A stretch of DNA of 63,254 nt, filler included, from Sluysia triapertura (lineage: Eukaryota), in NCBI GenBank assembly GCA_046118255.1. It is 5 parts of 5 records of this genome, joined end to end, with 100 filler letters (N's around TTAATTAATTAA, not from the genome) between each part and the next. Parts side by side here need not be neighbours in the genome. Positions count along the whole stretch, not along the records: positions 1 to 13,338 come from JBJNIA010045903.1; positions 13,439 to 27,662 come from JBJNIA010002671.1; 3 more parts are not named here. The stretch is one strand, 5' to 3'. Shown here piece after piece: positions 1 to 15,050 of the stretch; the stretch's first letter is position 1, and the number at the start of each line of letters is the position of its first letter. A program made the translations under genes and the position numbers. The notes beneath the pieces are model-generated. The model was not told the DNA's origin and searched no databases. It saw only the letters and a list, made by a program, of their open reading frames with translations.

Positions 1-1514
1 TTATTATTATTTCGAATATATTAGATAAATCATCCATATTAAATTAATTTCATTTCAATTAAACAAGTAACTTTTACAATGATTAGTAATCGTGATAGAA
101 TATTCAAACAATATAAAAGTAAATCTAGAAATATATAGATTATAAAATTATACGAAATATTAATTAAATTGTATTGTATCTATAGTGAAATTGTGATTAA
201 ATAAATCGATTTTATTTTAATAAAACCTAGTATTATAATTTAAATATTAGTCAATTAATTTTATAACGATATAACTGTCACTAAAGTTGTCTAAAAAATA
301 CTAAAAATAAAAATCAATTTTTTATATTTCTAACAATGTATTAATAATGATTATAATTATAATTATAATGTTTTAATCTCTAAAATGATTATGATCAATG
401 TTGGACAAAGGCTAAAGCGGGCCTGAGGCAACATTGTAATTTCGGGCCTATTTTTAAGTTATGCATAGTAAAGGCTCGATCGTATTTACACACATCGACA
501 CTCGGGGGGCGTGGATGCATAAGCAAGGGAATGCTCGTCCACACTTGTGGACTTCATCAATCAACGATTCGGCATACTTTGGATACGTTTCAGTAAATAA
601 AAATTAAAAACCTTTTAATTAGTTCTCCCCTGATTATGCTAAGTATAAAATCATTTTAAAAAATGTATGCAGCAAAAATGTGACAAAATCTCCCGTAATT
701 ATAGTTGAATATTTGGAAGACGTTCTTATAAAGGTTTATGATCTTCGAATTTGAAATTATCTTAACAATTTTAAGTTAATGTACGAACTTCATATGCAAA
801 GTTAAGTAGTTTTTATTTGAGTTCTGAAACTACGAAAAATTTGAGGATATTTAATTGGACATGAAATAACTATTATAATTGATAATAATTGTTCAAAAGT
901 CTGACATTGTTTTCAATGTACAGATTAAACAATGAATTAGCTTTAATTTTTGTTTGTTTTAGTAAATATTTAAAACACTGCGTATATTCGAGCAAAAGTT
1001 GAATGCATTTATTTCGTTGTAATAAAAAACAATACAAATTTATTTGAATTTTGATTTAAATTATCGAAGCAATTTTAAGTATGACAAATAAAATATCAAT
1101 AAATATAAAAAGAATCAATTTTGTTAGTTTAATTGTATACTATGTTAGACGAAAATGCAATTAAGGATTATATTTTAATTAAATAGCATCAGTACAACAT
1201 AAGATTACAATTTCAATAATTAGTTTCTAAGCTATCTAAGTAGATTTGAATATCAATAAATTGACATTTGGAAAATGTATCATTTTATTAATTATTTGAA
1301 TATTTTGTAACTTGTATTAATATTTAATAAAAACCTTAGCAAAAGATAAAATGTAAAAAAGGAATATTAATATGTGAAATAAAAAATAATATGGTCTTAT
1401 CTAAAAAATGTTTATGAAGTTCTGAAATTTTATATCCAGTCTAAGTTATATTTTGTATTCAATTTTTTCAGTGATTTTAAATTTTTTTTAGAGATACTGT
1501 AATTACTAATTAAG

Positions 1515-1676
1515 GGCAATATGTCAGCAGTAGCTGTTTGTCCTTTTAATGGTCCTTCTTCAACTACTTCTACCACTGTAATTCTGACGAAGGAATCATC
1601 TCAAAACCAAAAATCGAATTCAGCATCATCTTCATCCACATCATCGTCAACAGACAAGAAAATTTCGAAGAAAATT
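1515..1676 (+). CDS. Candidate Ser/Thr-rich exon of an unidentified gene
   Basis: Open frame GNMSAVAVCPFNGPSSTTSTT...TDKKISKKI between taag| and |gtaat. GC content is higher than the flanks. Confidence 0.45.
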
Positions 1677-2173
1677 GTAATTTAATTTAATAATTGTATT
1701 ATTCGGTATTGTATAAATTATCTTTAAAAACTTAGCGCATATTGGTTACTTTAAATTATTGAAACATTGAGAGAGACTGATTGAAATGAATGATACTCAA
1801 ATCGAAACATCATTTGCAATTTTCCATAGACTAATAGTGTGAATCTTACAAGCTTCTGGTAGCCCAGTATCTAAGTTCTCAAATGCATCTTGATAGTCCG
1901 AGCTATTTTTCAAAATTCGCAATTTTTTGTATTAAAAAAGTATGCAAAAAAGGTAGTAAAGAAATTTTTTCGATGAGTCATATCATTCTTAATTTGGACA
2001 GAAATTAAATTTGTTACAACATTGCACTTGGTCTTTCATATTTGTCAGTAATTTAAAAGACACAAAAATGAAAAGGGAACTCGGGTACATTTATCGAGAG
2101 CCACAAATAACCCACAAATAATCTACCCCTGTTATAGATAATATTAGTTCCTAATAATCAACTCTTGTTTTAG

Positions 2174-2200
2174 ATTATCAAGAAAGTCAAATCGAAATGA
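2174..2200 (+). CDS. Candidate terminal exon (IIKKVKSK*) following exon 1515-1676
   Basis: ttttag| acceptor, phase-0 continuation, then an AT-rich UTR-like tract with AATAAA. Confidence 0.3.
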   Translation: MIKKVKSK

Positions 2201-5200
2201 CAATCTGCAGCCATCTTCTGCTAGTTCTGCCGAATAAGTTTTATTAATGCTATATTAAAGTTTCATTTCATTCGTACAAATAGAAGTATTTATAACGAAA
2301 ACACGTGGTAAAAATGATAATATCTACTTTTAAATAATTAAACAAAAACAGTGCAATCACTAATCATAAATAAAATAAATGACCCCCTCGAAAAAAAATC
2401 AAACATTGATTAAATCCAATATTAACATTGAATATCTGATTTAAATAATATCTTTTGTATAATATTTTTCTTTAAAAAATTCAAATTAAAGTAAAAGATA
2501 AATAAACGAAATTTAAAAATTGCTAACCAAATTATTAATAAAGAATAAACAAATTTTGATGGTAGTTAGGGTGATATAAGACAAAAAATAAACATAAAAT
2601 AAAAGTAGGAATAATTGTTTTTTAAATTGAATAATTAAATAATGATTGTCTTTCTTTTATATCATTTATAATAATAATAATTATTATTATTATTGCTCTA
2701 GTTTAACCTACAAAAATAATAAAATTCAACTTACTAATAATAATAATAATAATAATCTAAGTGCACAGATATTGATGTACAAACCAACAAAAATAAAGCC
2801 TATGCATTTACCAACAAAATATGATTAAATTTAATAAGCATTATTAATTAGCTATATTAATAACATTAAGGTAGAAATGTTAATAATAAACAATGTTAAT
2901 AAAATAATAATGACAAAATTTAATATACCTTAATTGGCCATAGTAAAAATTAAAATAATAATATAAAATTATATGGTCAATTGAAAATAAGATAGAAATG
3001 TTCATAATAAATGAATTGATCATGATATAACAAATAATATAACCAAATCAAATACTATTGGTTACTAGTCGTGTTAAGTACATATTAAACGAATTAGTAT
3101 AATTAGACAGTGAAATAATACCATTATCATTAGTTGGAAAATAATATTGTAATAGTTAATTAATGGTTCATCTATTTGATGATGTCTTTTCATTCTTAAA
3201 AACGTTTATTCATATAATTAATATATGTGCAAATAATACTTCATAAATTACGCATATCTATCACTCTTAATATTTATTAATTATATTAATTTCAAATTTA
3301 TATTACTTTTAAATTAATTGTGTCATAATATTTCCAATTACATCATCAAAATTGGAAATCGATAATATCTTATTACTATCTGCATTAATTGGAAGACAAA
3401 CTGGAGAGAAAACTGGAAATTGATTTGCTTTTATATTTGAAATTGAGTTTGTTTTCATCAAAATAAATAAAATACAATCTTACATTAGTAAAATGTTCCA
3501 TTATTACTATTATCTTTTAGTAAATTCTTATTTGTTATTTTAGTTTTCATTTTGTTATTGATATTAAAATTGAATTATTTGATTAAAGTTGTCATTTTCA
3601 ATTTCAACTTTCACTTTTATCCTTCCAATAGGATACACAGAACCTTGACATTTAGTAAACTTAACATTTTGATTTTGATTATTCGAATATTGAGTATAAA
3701 CCAATTTATTATTATTATTATTTTATATTTTATTTAATTAAGGCAAATTTTATTAACATGGTTATCTTTTATTCCATGCTTTTTTAAATATTCGATTTTT
3801 TATTACTTACTACTATAAATAGATATAATATCTTTTATTTGTAATTGGGCTGCAAATCGTACGTTCTTTCTGAGCATTAAAAATATTACATTTTTCCAAT
3901 ATTGCGTGAATCTTCTAAATATTTTATGTTTTTATTAACAGAACAATATTTATAAAGTAATATATGCCATATTTTATTCTAAAGTATTTGGCTATCTCTA
4001 TACTCAAATAAATCAATTTTGAAATAAATCATATTTTTTCTTAATGTTAGTAAATAATTTAGTTCTCCAAAAAATAAATACTAACATTTGTTGGGCTCCT
4101 ATAGTGAGCAGGAAATATAAAAATAAACATCTACAAGTGATGTTTTACTTAAATTAGTTGGTCTACAATCATAAATGAATGAGGATCGGATTGAGTCCAC
4201 CTGTCATACAAAACTTACAAATGTAATATCTCATTTACAGAATTTCGATAAAAGAATTTTATTTGCAGAAATATTATGGAAACCAATTTATATATGTGCA
4301 ATGTAGCTGTGGTTAGTTAAAATAATGAGTGACAGACATCTTTAAATATTAGATTACACGTAAATCGACTGGGCACGAATCTAGGACTCGTATTCGCGAG
4401 ATTAAATTAAAATGACTCTTGAAATCAAAAATACAAGGCATTTTATGTTAATTTAAAACTGCGTAAATTGTTTATTTCATGGACTTATTTAAAATAATCC
4501 TTCAAGAGACGCTGGTATTTTACAGTCGAGGATGGTACTCAATGATATATGATTATTGCTCTAAAAACTTGAATAACTAGTTGCTATGTTACAGGTATTA
4601 AAATCTTTAATTGGGTTTTATTAGTTTAAGATTTTATCTGCCTTTTTAAAATGACCGTTTGAAAAATTTAATTATAAAATTTTTAGTACTTTGTAAATTG
4701 TACCAAACCAACTAAATAAAACTAACGTAATTCTAAAAAATAAATTATACCGAATGGAATACTGATTTGTTTATTCAGGCCAGCTTGTCCTGACTTATTT
4801 AAAATCTTACAAGTATAGCTTTGTGCCAAAAGATAATTATAACGTTGTACCAAATGTTTTGAAACTGTTTTACCGAATAATTAAAAAGTGACTTACTAAT
4901 ATCTCTTTATTAAAAATAATAATGAGTCTCAATTTTCAACTCTGCGTGCATTTATTTTGTCACTCAGCCACAATAATTAATTATTATGAGTCCGCTTACA
5001 GTATACGACTTACTAATGGCGTACCTATAAAATTGCGTGAAAACAATTATCAAAATTAATCGTACAAAAAATATTCTTTATCTTAACTTAACAATAATGG
5101 GCAAAATCGTCGTTTATGTCAATTAACAACAAATAACTTAAAAACTAATTAAGACCAACGCTATAGATATTTGAATTTAAAATTAAATGAATAATAGTAT

Positions 5201-6786
5201 AAGAACGTACTCTTTCCTATATTTCTAAATTCTAATATAACGACCGTAAAATTTAATGAAATAATATCAAATTCGACGTAACTTTTATTTCTAAAAAATA
5301 TGTATTAATTAAGAATTATTTCGTAAATTAAAAATAGTTATAAACTTAATACAGATTTCACGGTTATATGACAAAAGAATTCAAAATCACTCTAAGATTT
5401 TTCTATTATACAAAATAGGACAAAAATAATGATAATTTAACAAAATAAGTAATGTTAATTATTAATAGCATCAAAAAAACAATAAAATTATAATATAGAT
5501 AATATTTAAATTGTAATAAGGACCTAGTCAAAGACTGATTTTATAATTGACCTTAAGGGACAACTAAAGATTCGAGATTTTATATTTTAGTTTGATTTTG
5601 TGATTGGCCTTAATGATCAACCGTGAAAAATAGTATCTCTATATGAGTTTAACAATTTATATAAACCAAACTTACGAATTTTAATTAATTATTCAAAATT
5701 TTCGAAGATATTATTCAAAAATTGATCTGCCAAATGTAGTTGTTCCTGCTATAGATGTGCTACCCTTCTAATCGAATACCCGGGGATCACACAATAATTA
5801 TAAGAAATTAATAATGGATTTGTTGAAACTGGATGATGCCACGAATTCACTCGTCGATAAAATGGAGCACTGTTTTCCTTGTTGTCTCTTTCTTTATTTG
5901 ATAATAATGGCGTCTAATTTTTAATGATGGCCTCCTTTTCTTTATGTCTGTCTTTATATAGTCATAAAGACATTTTTTTAAAATTTTGTACGTTTAAACA
6001 AACTTCTTTCGAGAAGTTTCTTTTTATGTCTTTTTAAAATTATAAAAACATAAAAAAATATAAAATATAAAATTATATACACCTTTACACCTTTGTGTGA
6101 CTAACTGTATTCATTATTCGGAATTCAATCCCGAAACCAATTGGCTCTTAATCATTATGCTATATATAGAACTTTAGCCAATCAGAAATGTATAAGTGAC
6201 GTACTTCCTTGTACTTATTTTGAAAGTTATACTCTGATAATTACCTTAAAGTTCATTTAAGTTCAAATGAAAAATTTAATTATTAAACCCTCTAGGTCTC
6301 TAAAATTATTATTATTTGGCATTGATATAATTATTTAATATTATTAACATAATTGTATTGTTAATATTAAGATTATTATTATTTTATTTAAATTATTATT
6401 ATAACGTAAATATTATTATTATTATTTCATTAACATTTTTATTATATTTTAAAATCATTATCACAGCATAAATTTCACCATAAACCTTGAACAGACATTT
6501 CAACCTTGACACAAATAACGAGTCAATAATTTTCTGGATTAAGGAAATAATATGATATATGATAATATGAAGCGTATTTTCCATCGAATCTCATCTACCG
6601 TTTATTTCTTGGTACCACTTAGATTATACAGAACTAGTACTAGAACCAGTACTAAATATTTCAATATAGAAATACTATAATATAATATTTTCAATCTTTC
6701 TCTTTAATTATCATATTCATTCTTTTTTCCGAACAATTTCTATTATAAATTTCCATTGTTTAGGGTTCTTGTTTTATTCTATTTTA

Positions 6787-7350
6787 TTCTGTTCTAGAAC
6801 ATTCCATCGATTTTCATTGGCTGATGACTAGCATCAGTTTAATGAAAATCACCATTTTTTATTTGTACAGATCGTATTGGACTGAGATCAAATTTCTCTT
6901 CGAAGGATTTTTATATTCCATGAAAGAGTAACTTATTTTACTGTTGAAGGTGATTTTGATTTTATAAGTCAAGATCCTACAATACACGAAAAATCAATTT
7001 TTCGCTTTAATATAATAAGGACCTCGATATATTGAGGGGAAATTTTCTACTTAAATTTTAAAAGTAATTAGATCGAATATCCTAATAGGATTTAGATCAT
7101 AAAATAATAATTACGTTGCTTTTATTCTGCATTATAACATATTATACGTTTAGTTTAACATAATTCAAAAGTTAATTGAGTTTTTTTAATGTCTATTTAA
7201 AATTAAGACCCTCGTAACAAAATTGTTAGGACGAGTTAGACGTAATACTTTAAGTCACAGAAACTCCAACTACTAGTTACTGTAACTGGACCCTGCTCAA
7301 TTTTTTCTATTTTGCTGTATGTTTAGCATAAAGAAAACCACAGCAAATTA
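6787..7350 (+). mobile_element. Partial copy of the LTR-like repeat family (HSE/CCAAT-bearing)
   Basis: Shares TTCTAGAACATTCCATCGATTTTCATTGGCTGAT, CCTCGATATATTGAGGG and TGTAAC.GGACCCTGCTCA blocks with the copies at 40140 and 51076. Confidence 0.6.
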
Positions 7351-8756
7351 TTGAAGCTTATTTTCCATCGAATAACTAATTTAAAAACTAGTATTAGAAC
7401 CAGTGTTAAATATTTGAATATAGAAACACTGTAATAGAATATTTTCAGTATCTCTCTCTAATTATCACACATATTCTACTTAGTGTAATATTCTTTCATT
7501 TTGTCACTGAAATTTAGGAACAATTTCTATTAATTTTTCTTGTTCATTATAAATTTCCTTCAATGTTGGATGTAACTAACTTAATTATTTATTTTATTAT
7601 TTGACAGTGGTTGTTATTCTGTAGCATTCATTTTTCGATTTTACACAACCTATCTCAAATCTGAGACCAATCAAGATCATGAATTACGCAGTCGATAGGC
7701 GTGTTTAGGATTTTTGTCCAGTATGTATTTCAAACAATGTTAAAGACCATTATGAAACAGATATAATTGAACATGTACAACTGTGTTTCCGAGTGATTTG
7801 GTATCTTATTTTCAAGTCATTGATTATGTACTTTTCGTGAATGAAAGGAGTTATTGTGGAATCATATTAGATATCAAATTTAGACATCTAAAACTTGTTA
7901 ATTCTCGGATTGATAAACATGAGAAGCTTGAGCTGATTGTACTAATAGACATTTAAAAGTGCAATTCTCATGGATTTCTGTTTAAGGATATTTGGAACTG
8001 AATAACACAGACTTCTCACACGGAGAAAATGAAATGTATTATTCAAAGGATAAATTTATCTTCAGTTTTTAATTACTCGATTATTAAGTATCACTAATAT
8101 CGATACTATTCGTTGTTACTCGGCAGTAAATTACGACATTTATTTTAAATAATAAAAATACAAACTATAGATAATAAAAATTATAGACAAAATTTAAAAA
8201 ATAATGTATCGTTAAATTATTTGTAGTAAAAATATTCAAAACATCAAAGAAATGGTATTTTTTAATTATATTTATATTACTTACTTTAGTAAGTACTAGA
8301 GTTAAAATTAAAATAATACAAATTTTAAATAAACCCACAGTCCTAATATCTGAATCTTATTTGTGTGATTTTATTTTGAAAAAAGAGATTTTGGACTTTA
8401 TCTTAAAATAACTACTAAGATTTTTGCTTCCATCGGGACAAGCTCAAAACTAACCTTTACATTAAAGACCGTTTTTATTGATAGAATTTATACAAAATAA
8501 ATTTACACGTTTACAATAAATTTATTTTAAGATTTATATTACGATAACTTGTGTATAATACTATAAAATTAAACTAAAAATACTTTCCGAATAATTTCAG
8601 TATTTAAAATAATAAAATAATATATTAATTCATGAAACATTTCCCAGTATTCATTGAAGCGTAATGTAATATTCGAATTTATTTTTAAAGAAATTTTTTT
8701 AGTATTGTAAATTTTCAGAAATAATCCAATAAAACTAATATTAATTTATTTCTCAG

Positions 8757-8867
8757 ATCATGAACGAACTGTGGGTGGTCATGGAATATTTAGATGGAGG
8801 TTCTTTAACAGACGTCGTCACAGAAGCATGCATGGATGAGTATCAAATGGCTACTATTTCGAGAGAG
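8757..8867 (+). CDS. PAK: p21-activated kinase (group I PAK/STE20), kinase exon
   Basis: ag|[37 protein letters not shown]|gt; 111 nt, phase 0. Confidence 0.92.
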
Positions 8868-10859
8868 GTTATATTTTTGAATTTGTACTTTTTATCAATA
8901 TGAAGGTTCGTTGACACCAATCGTTAAGATTAGCAGGTTGGTCATAATGTCATTGTTTGTGACTATTTCCATGCTTTGTCATCAGGATAGCGGTCAAAGT
9001 AAAGTATGTAAGGTGCCACCTACTTGAATAAGTTTTAATGCAAATAATAAGGCGGAGCATGCTTTGAGTTTAGTTGAAAATTTAATTTATTATTTGTTGA
9101 AGCAACGTTACTAATAAGTAGGACTTAATATTCAACAGCTTTGTTTTGTGCTTAAATTCAATTATGTATGATTCATATTTGATATTACAAAAAAGACGTA
9201 AAATTATACAAATTTCCAAGCAGATTTAATAATTAGTTTATTGAAAAAGACATATCTAACATAATTTATGCTATTGATAATTATAAGTAAATAATTATTT
9301 GTAATTAATATTAAAATTATTGTGCAATGTAGTTTTATTTTTCACTACAAACGTACACAAACGTTTCACATCCATCATAATTTGTAAAATTGTTTTCATA
9401 AATTATTATTTAATTATTTTCGAATTTTTTGTAACGTAAACAAAACTTCTATCACTTTTATATTTTAATGACACAATTAAAATTTCTTTTGAATTTTGAA
9501 GATTTATTTAATATGTGAAATGTGACGAAACTTTTTGAAAGAAGCAATAATAACAATTTTCTTTTTTTGCATCGATATATATTATTTAAGTTTATTAGTT
9601 ATTCATCATTCTTAATGTTTTTTTTAAAGTATATATTTAAAATGCATATTTTAAGAATGAAAGCATTAACTGAGAAGAATTCCTATTGTAAGAAGATATT
9701 AAATAGTCAGGAAGCATGGCCGAAGTGACAGATGATACTAGAATTTGGACACGTAACAGTCTGATTTAGAGACTTCAAATAATGTGATGAATTTTAACAT
9801 TGTTGGATGATTGAATGAATTAAAATGAATTAAAATATAATTTGTATTCTTGGCATACAAAAAACAAATGAAATATTTTTTATTAGGTTGTTTCTATGAA
9901 ATGTGAATTGGCATCTACTGAAACCAATTAACACAGTCACTATATGGTGACTATAATAATGTCATTAATCGCATCATTGATTATAATGATGATGATAATG
10001 GTGATGATTTAATTTTTAATAATGTCAGTAGTACTAGTAGTAGTAGTATTGTAAAGAAGTAATTATGAAATAAAACTAATATGTCTTAGTAATTTTATCA
10101 AAAGAGGATCTTATAGTACTTCTCTTAAAAATACTGCGAATTATGACGTATTGAACAGAAAAATGAGGTTCCTGTAACATTTTATCTTAAAGAAGATAAT
10201 TTCGTATTTTTCACAATAACGTCCAGAAGATATTAAAGTTGTGAATTGTATTATAAACATAAAATACGATATTACAAGTATGAATTGAAGGTTTATTGAT
10301 GAATTATATTTGATAGAAGTATTTTAGGATATGTTGGGGTTGTCAGAAGATAAAGTGACTCTAACGATATTGCAGCTTACAGATAAAGGGATTAATATTT
10401 TCTAAAGCTTTACAAAAAATTATAAGTATATTAATTAATTAATTTAATTAGAATTGTTTGAAAATCATTTTAATCAAAAATGTTCCTTATTATGTTGGCA
10501 TAGGAGCGAGTATTACACATAATAAAACACAATTATGAAAAGTATTTGTGTTATGAACACCGAAACAGTGTGAAACAGGTCAACGTAAATAATTTAAAAT
10601 CATCAGTTTTAATTAATTTTCTTTATTATAAAATTAAATTTCTATGTATTATAATGAGCATACGTAATAAAAGTATATATCAAATTAATGCTCATTATGA
10701 GACCATTCTAAACATATTATTGAAAATACGTTTTATATTTGATTAGATTTATATTTTCATTTAAGTTAATGTATTGTTGCATCAATAAGTATTATTATAA
10801 CTATGATCTTAAATTTTAATTTTATTATTCTGAAAAAATAAGAATTTGTTTGCCACAAA

Positions 10860-11020
10860 ACTCATTATCCTTGGATAATTGCTAAATAATGTAAGACGGA
10901 AATTAATGTTACAATTTGGTTAATAAAATTGGTCGGAATAAAACCGTGTCTAAGAAATAAACATGTCTTATCGACAAGCACAATAATTGAGTCGAATTTC
11001 CGACTTCCTAGCAATTATCC
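10860..11020 (-). repeat. Interspersed repeat, inverted homolog of 51620-51770
   Basis: The reverse complement matches TTGCTAGGAAGTC.GA.TTCGACT..ATTATTGTGCTTG and GACCAATTTTATTA...TTTCCGTCTTA. Confidence 0.55.
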
Positions 11021-11702
11021 AAACACTGTAAAAATAACAGCATTTTCTATCATCATCCATAATAAAAAAAGTATTATAATATTTAATACTTTTGTTGTAA
11101 GAAAACCATTTCAATGCAATAGTGAAAAACACTGATTGAATCTTACAAAATATTTAGACATCTGACTAAAATTTTATCATTAAATCAACCTATTTGTGGT
11201 TAGTTGGGTCTTGAGTTTTTATTATTTATTTATTGTATTTTTGATACTAACATTCATATATGTTGTGTAAAACCTGAGATTGAGTATTATAGTTGAATTT
11301 AATTTTATTGAATAATTGACTTTCGTAAAAGACTGACTTAACTATTATTTGATTTCTTTTGTGATATATTGAAATTTAGACTCAATTAATTGTGTTCTAT
11401 AATTATCGTGTTAATGTAAAGAATATTAAAAAATAAAAACACAACAGATATAATAATCTGATGTTTAAAATGTATCAAAAAATGTAAAGTGAGAAGGTAT
11501 ACCAATATAACATGTAAAAAATGAAGAACTTAATTAGGTAGTAATTTTTATAAGTTTATTTGACATACACTTTTATCGGTATTTTGGAAAAGTAGCCATG
11601 TCCCAAATGGGAAAACTGGTACTGAATGGGTTAAATGTAAAAAGTAAAATGTACCTCAAACTGTTTGATTGTTAAAAATAACAAATTAAATAGCCCAATT
11701 GA

Positions 11703-12044
<342 letters not shown>

Positions 12045-12117
12045 TAAATTAGATTTACTTATATTTAAAAATAGATAAAATTTGAATAAATTATTAAATA
12101 TATTTTGTAAAATTTAG

Positions 12118-12255
12118 GCACTTTATTTAATAGCTACAAATGGTAAACCTGAACTCAAAGAACCCTCTTCAGTATCGGATTTATTTAAACAATTTCTAGA
12201 TTGCTGTCTTGATGTAGATGTCGATAAACGTTATTCAGCTTCAGATTTATTAATG
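12118..12255 (+). CDS. PAK: PAK kinase exon
   Basis: [46 protein letters not shown]; canonical splice sites. Confidence 0.92.
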
Positions 12256-12327
12256 GTTAATTATTGATATTTTTCAAATATTTACCTATTTATATCAATG
12301 AATAACTAATTTTTGTTAAATATTTAG

Positions 12328-12468
12328 CATCAGTTTTTGCTGGACAATGCTCAGCCGGTAAATACTTTAATTCCTCTTATTGCTCTGATTCATGATCGTA
12401 ATAAAGACAATGATGATGTTGAAGATAATCATGGCGAAGATTTACAACGTTTATGTGATGCAAACTAA
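12328..12468 (+). CDS. PAK: PAK terminal exon
   Basis: HQFLLDNAQPVNTLIPLI...LCDAN* after a 72-nt gt-ag intron. Confidence 0.88.
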   Translation, partial: HQFLLDNAQPVNTLIPLIALIHDRNKDNDDVEDNHGEDLQRLCDAN

Positions 12469-13338
12469 AGAATTATTATTATATTATTATTTTATTTTTA
12501 TTATTATTATACCATTCCTATTTTAAAGTATTTCCATCTATTGGTATTACCGTAATCATAAATTTATAAATATTTTCGAATCGATCTCGATAAATTTTAA
12601 CTTATTTTATTCTATTTACTTTTGTCAGTAAACAAAATTTCCTTATTTTTCTAATTTTTCATTTTTTTAATGCAAAATAATTAACTTTTAATATTTTGAT
12701 TGTCTTAGTAATATTAAACCAAATAAAATCCAATTATATAACTATTATTTTTTAATATTAAACAAAATCACCTTCATTTATTTGAGTCATATTCGGTTAT
12801 ATTTGAAAATTATTATCTTACAAGTAGATAAAAACGTATAAGTAAAAATATTAAATGGAAATATATATTTATTTTAAAGCATACATTTATTTTTGAAATT
12901 TATTTTTTACAATGTTTTAAACAAAATTAAAAATTATATTGTATTATTATTATTATTAGTATATTTATTAAATTCCTACAATTAAATAAACCTCGATCAT
13001 CACGAAATAATGTAATTGACAACTACTACAAAATCTGTGATGTATAAAGTCTGTCATTCTAAGTTCTCTCTGAAAAATAATAATTAGTTTTACTTATTTT
13101 CATCAATATTTTTAGAACGTTTTTTTTATTGGTTTCGGAGATTAAATAAATTTTAAGTTTGGCCTAATTTAATTTTGAAGGGTTTGCGAAAGTTAGAGGA
13201 GTTTGTTTTCATTTTTTAAAATTTTATATTATTAGATCGTTTATTATCGATTGATAAATAATCAAAATGATAAAAATAATGTATAATTCATAATATATGA
13301 GTATAAATATTTAATTTCGTCTTAATTAAGTCTAAATT

Positions 13339-13438
13339 NNNNNNNNNNNNNNNNNNNNNNNNNNNNNNNNNNNNNNNNNNNNTTAATTAATTAANNNNNN
13401 NNNNNNNNNNNNNNNNNNNNNNNNNNNNNNNNNNNNNN
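13339..13438. other. Artificial contig linker (six-frame stop)
   Basis: N44 TTAATTAATTAA N44. Confidence 0.97.
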
Positions 13439-14634
13439 GTTTTTCAAGTCCATCTCAAACTTCCTTAAGGTCTCAAACCCTTATATAGGTCTTTGGAACC
13501 TTAAGATATTCTTTAACCGTTAAAATATTCTCTTTCCTAATTCCTATTTCAACAATGTTTATAATACTTCAGCTATTACTTCTCATCAATTCTTCCTTCA
13601 TTTGTCTTCATTCTCTATGTCTTTTACTCGAGTTAGAAAATCCCAACAATTATATGTTTTAAAATAATGGTATTGTTGATGTTAATATGAAAGTTATTAT
13701 AAAATTTATTATATGATAATCATATTATACAACAATAATGACAATAATTATTATATATAATTTAATACGATTGGAATTATAATAACAATAGCTGTAGTTC
13801 ATGAAAATTATGTACAATGGCTATGTTTATGTTTTGAATGAGTTTAGTAGTTTTTTAATGATCTGTGTAAGTAAGTGATGTTTTTATGTGATGAAGTGTG
13901 ATGAATTTTATCTTATTTTCCTACAGGTGGAATTCGTATATACATTACAATTAAATTTCACTTTTATTATCAATTTCCATGTCATGGTAAGTCGATAATT
14001 TTATAAGGTTACTTTAATAACTTTAGCATTAAAATCATACATTTTTAAAGCCAAGCATTCGTCCTGCCTCAATTTATTTAAAATTACAAATCAACTAAGG
14101 AATTTTTTTCTTAATTTTAATTTAATTACATTATTATTTTTGTTTTTAATTACTTATTTTATTTGAAAAAATTTTTATCATTGTTATTTTATTCAAACTG
14201 TTTACTTTGTGGAATAAATTTTTGTGGATTTTGTGTTTATTTGTGTTTAACTGAAATTTAAAGTAAAGAGTTAAATCTGTTTTAGAAAGATAGATTAGCT
14301 ATTAAAACGTTAAAGTTAAAATTATGCGTTTAATTATTAAGAAGGAAAAATAATAAAAGTTAAGGAAAACTTAAGTTAAAATTCATAAGGAATCAATAAG
14401 GAACAATAAAGATAATTTATAGCAATACGTTATTTGAAAGAATTCATTAATAATTTAAGAAGTTTGAAAAATTGTATAAGTAACATTTACTTATAATATA
14501 ATTATACTTTTAAAACTATTCATAGCAGTGATTAGGGATACTTCTCGTAGCTAAACGACTTAAAAAAACATGTAATTATATCTTCCGCAGGGATATAAAT
14601 CACAAATTATAGGCAAACCTACACGATAAGTTTA

Positions 14635-15050
14635 TACAAGAAGCTTTCGATTATCCGGTTTGCGGATTATCCGTGAATAATATTTAGAAAATGCATAATT
14701 GTTTAAATAAATAAGCATTTATTTATTTTAAGTACAATTTTAATTTTATTGATTTACTAGTGATTTACCGGTACGTTTATTTTTCTTTAGGTTTAAAATA
14801 CCTTATGATAATTAAAATTTTAATTAAAATTACATTTATTACAAAAATACGTTATCGCAATGTCATATAATTGTGACAGAGTTTTACTGACTGTGAAGCA
14901 AAAACTTCAGTTAATTTAAATGAGTGAAAAGGGTAAATTCATATCGAAACTTTCGGAAGAATACGGAGCTGGTACTCAAACAGTTCGCAATATAATTAAG
15001 CAAAAAAGAAAGTTGGAGGAGTTTAAAAGAGGTTGTGATTCTAATGCAAA
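14635..15050 (+). mobile_element. pogo/Tigger DNA transposon remnant
   Basis: From 14881 it reads VLLTVKQKLQLI*MSEKGKFISKLSEEYGAGTQTVRNIIKQKRKLEEF, a CENP-B/psq-type HTH. A TIR-like GATTATCCG repeat lies near 14650. Confidence 0.7.

Noticed and set aside
2646-2828. ORF with N/Y runs, and similar ORFs at 21582, 21750, 22907 and 50667
   Set aside because: These are translations of AAT/TAT microsatellites.
2760-3960. Possible decayed membrane-protein gene (ABCA-like) on the minus strand
   Set aside because: Only hydrophobic, stop-ridden fragments; no diagnostic motif.
13927-13986. 60-nt segment with perfect cag|...|gtaagt sites
   Set aside because: No recognisable product. The flank resembles a repeat also seen near 46950 and 53070, so it is probably TE-derived.
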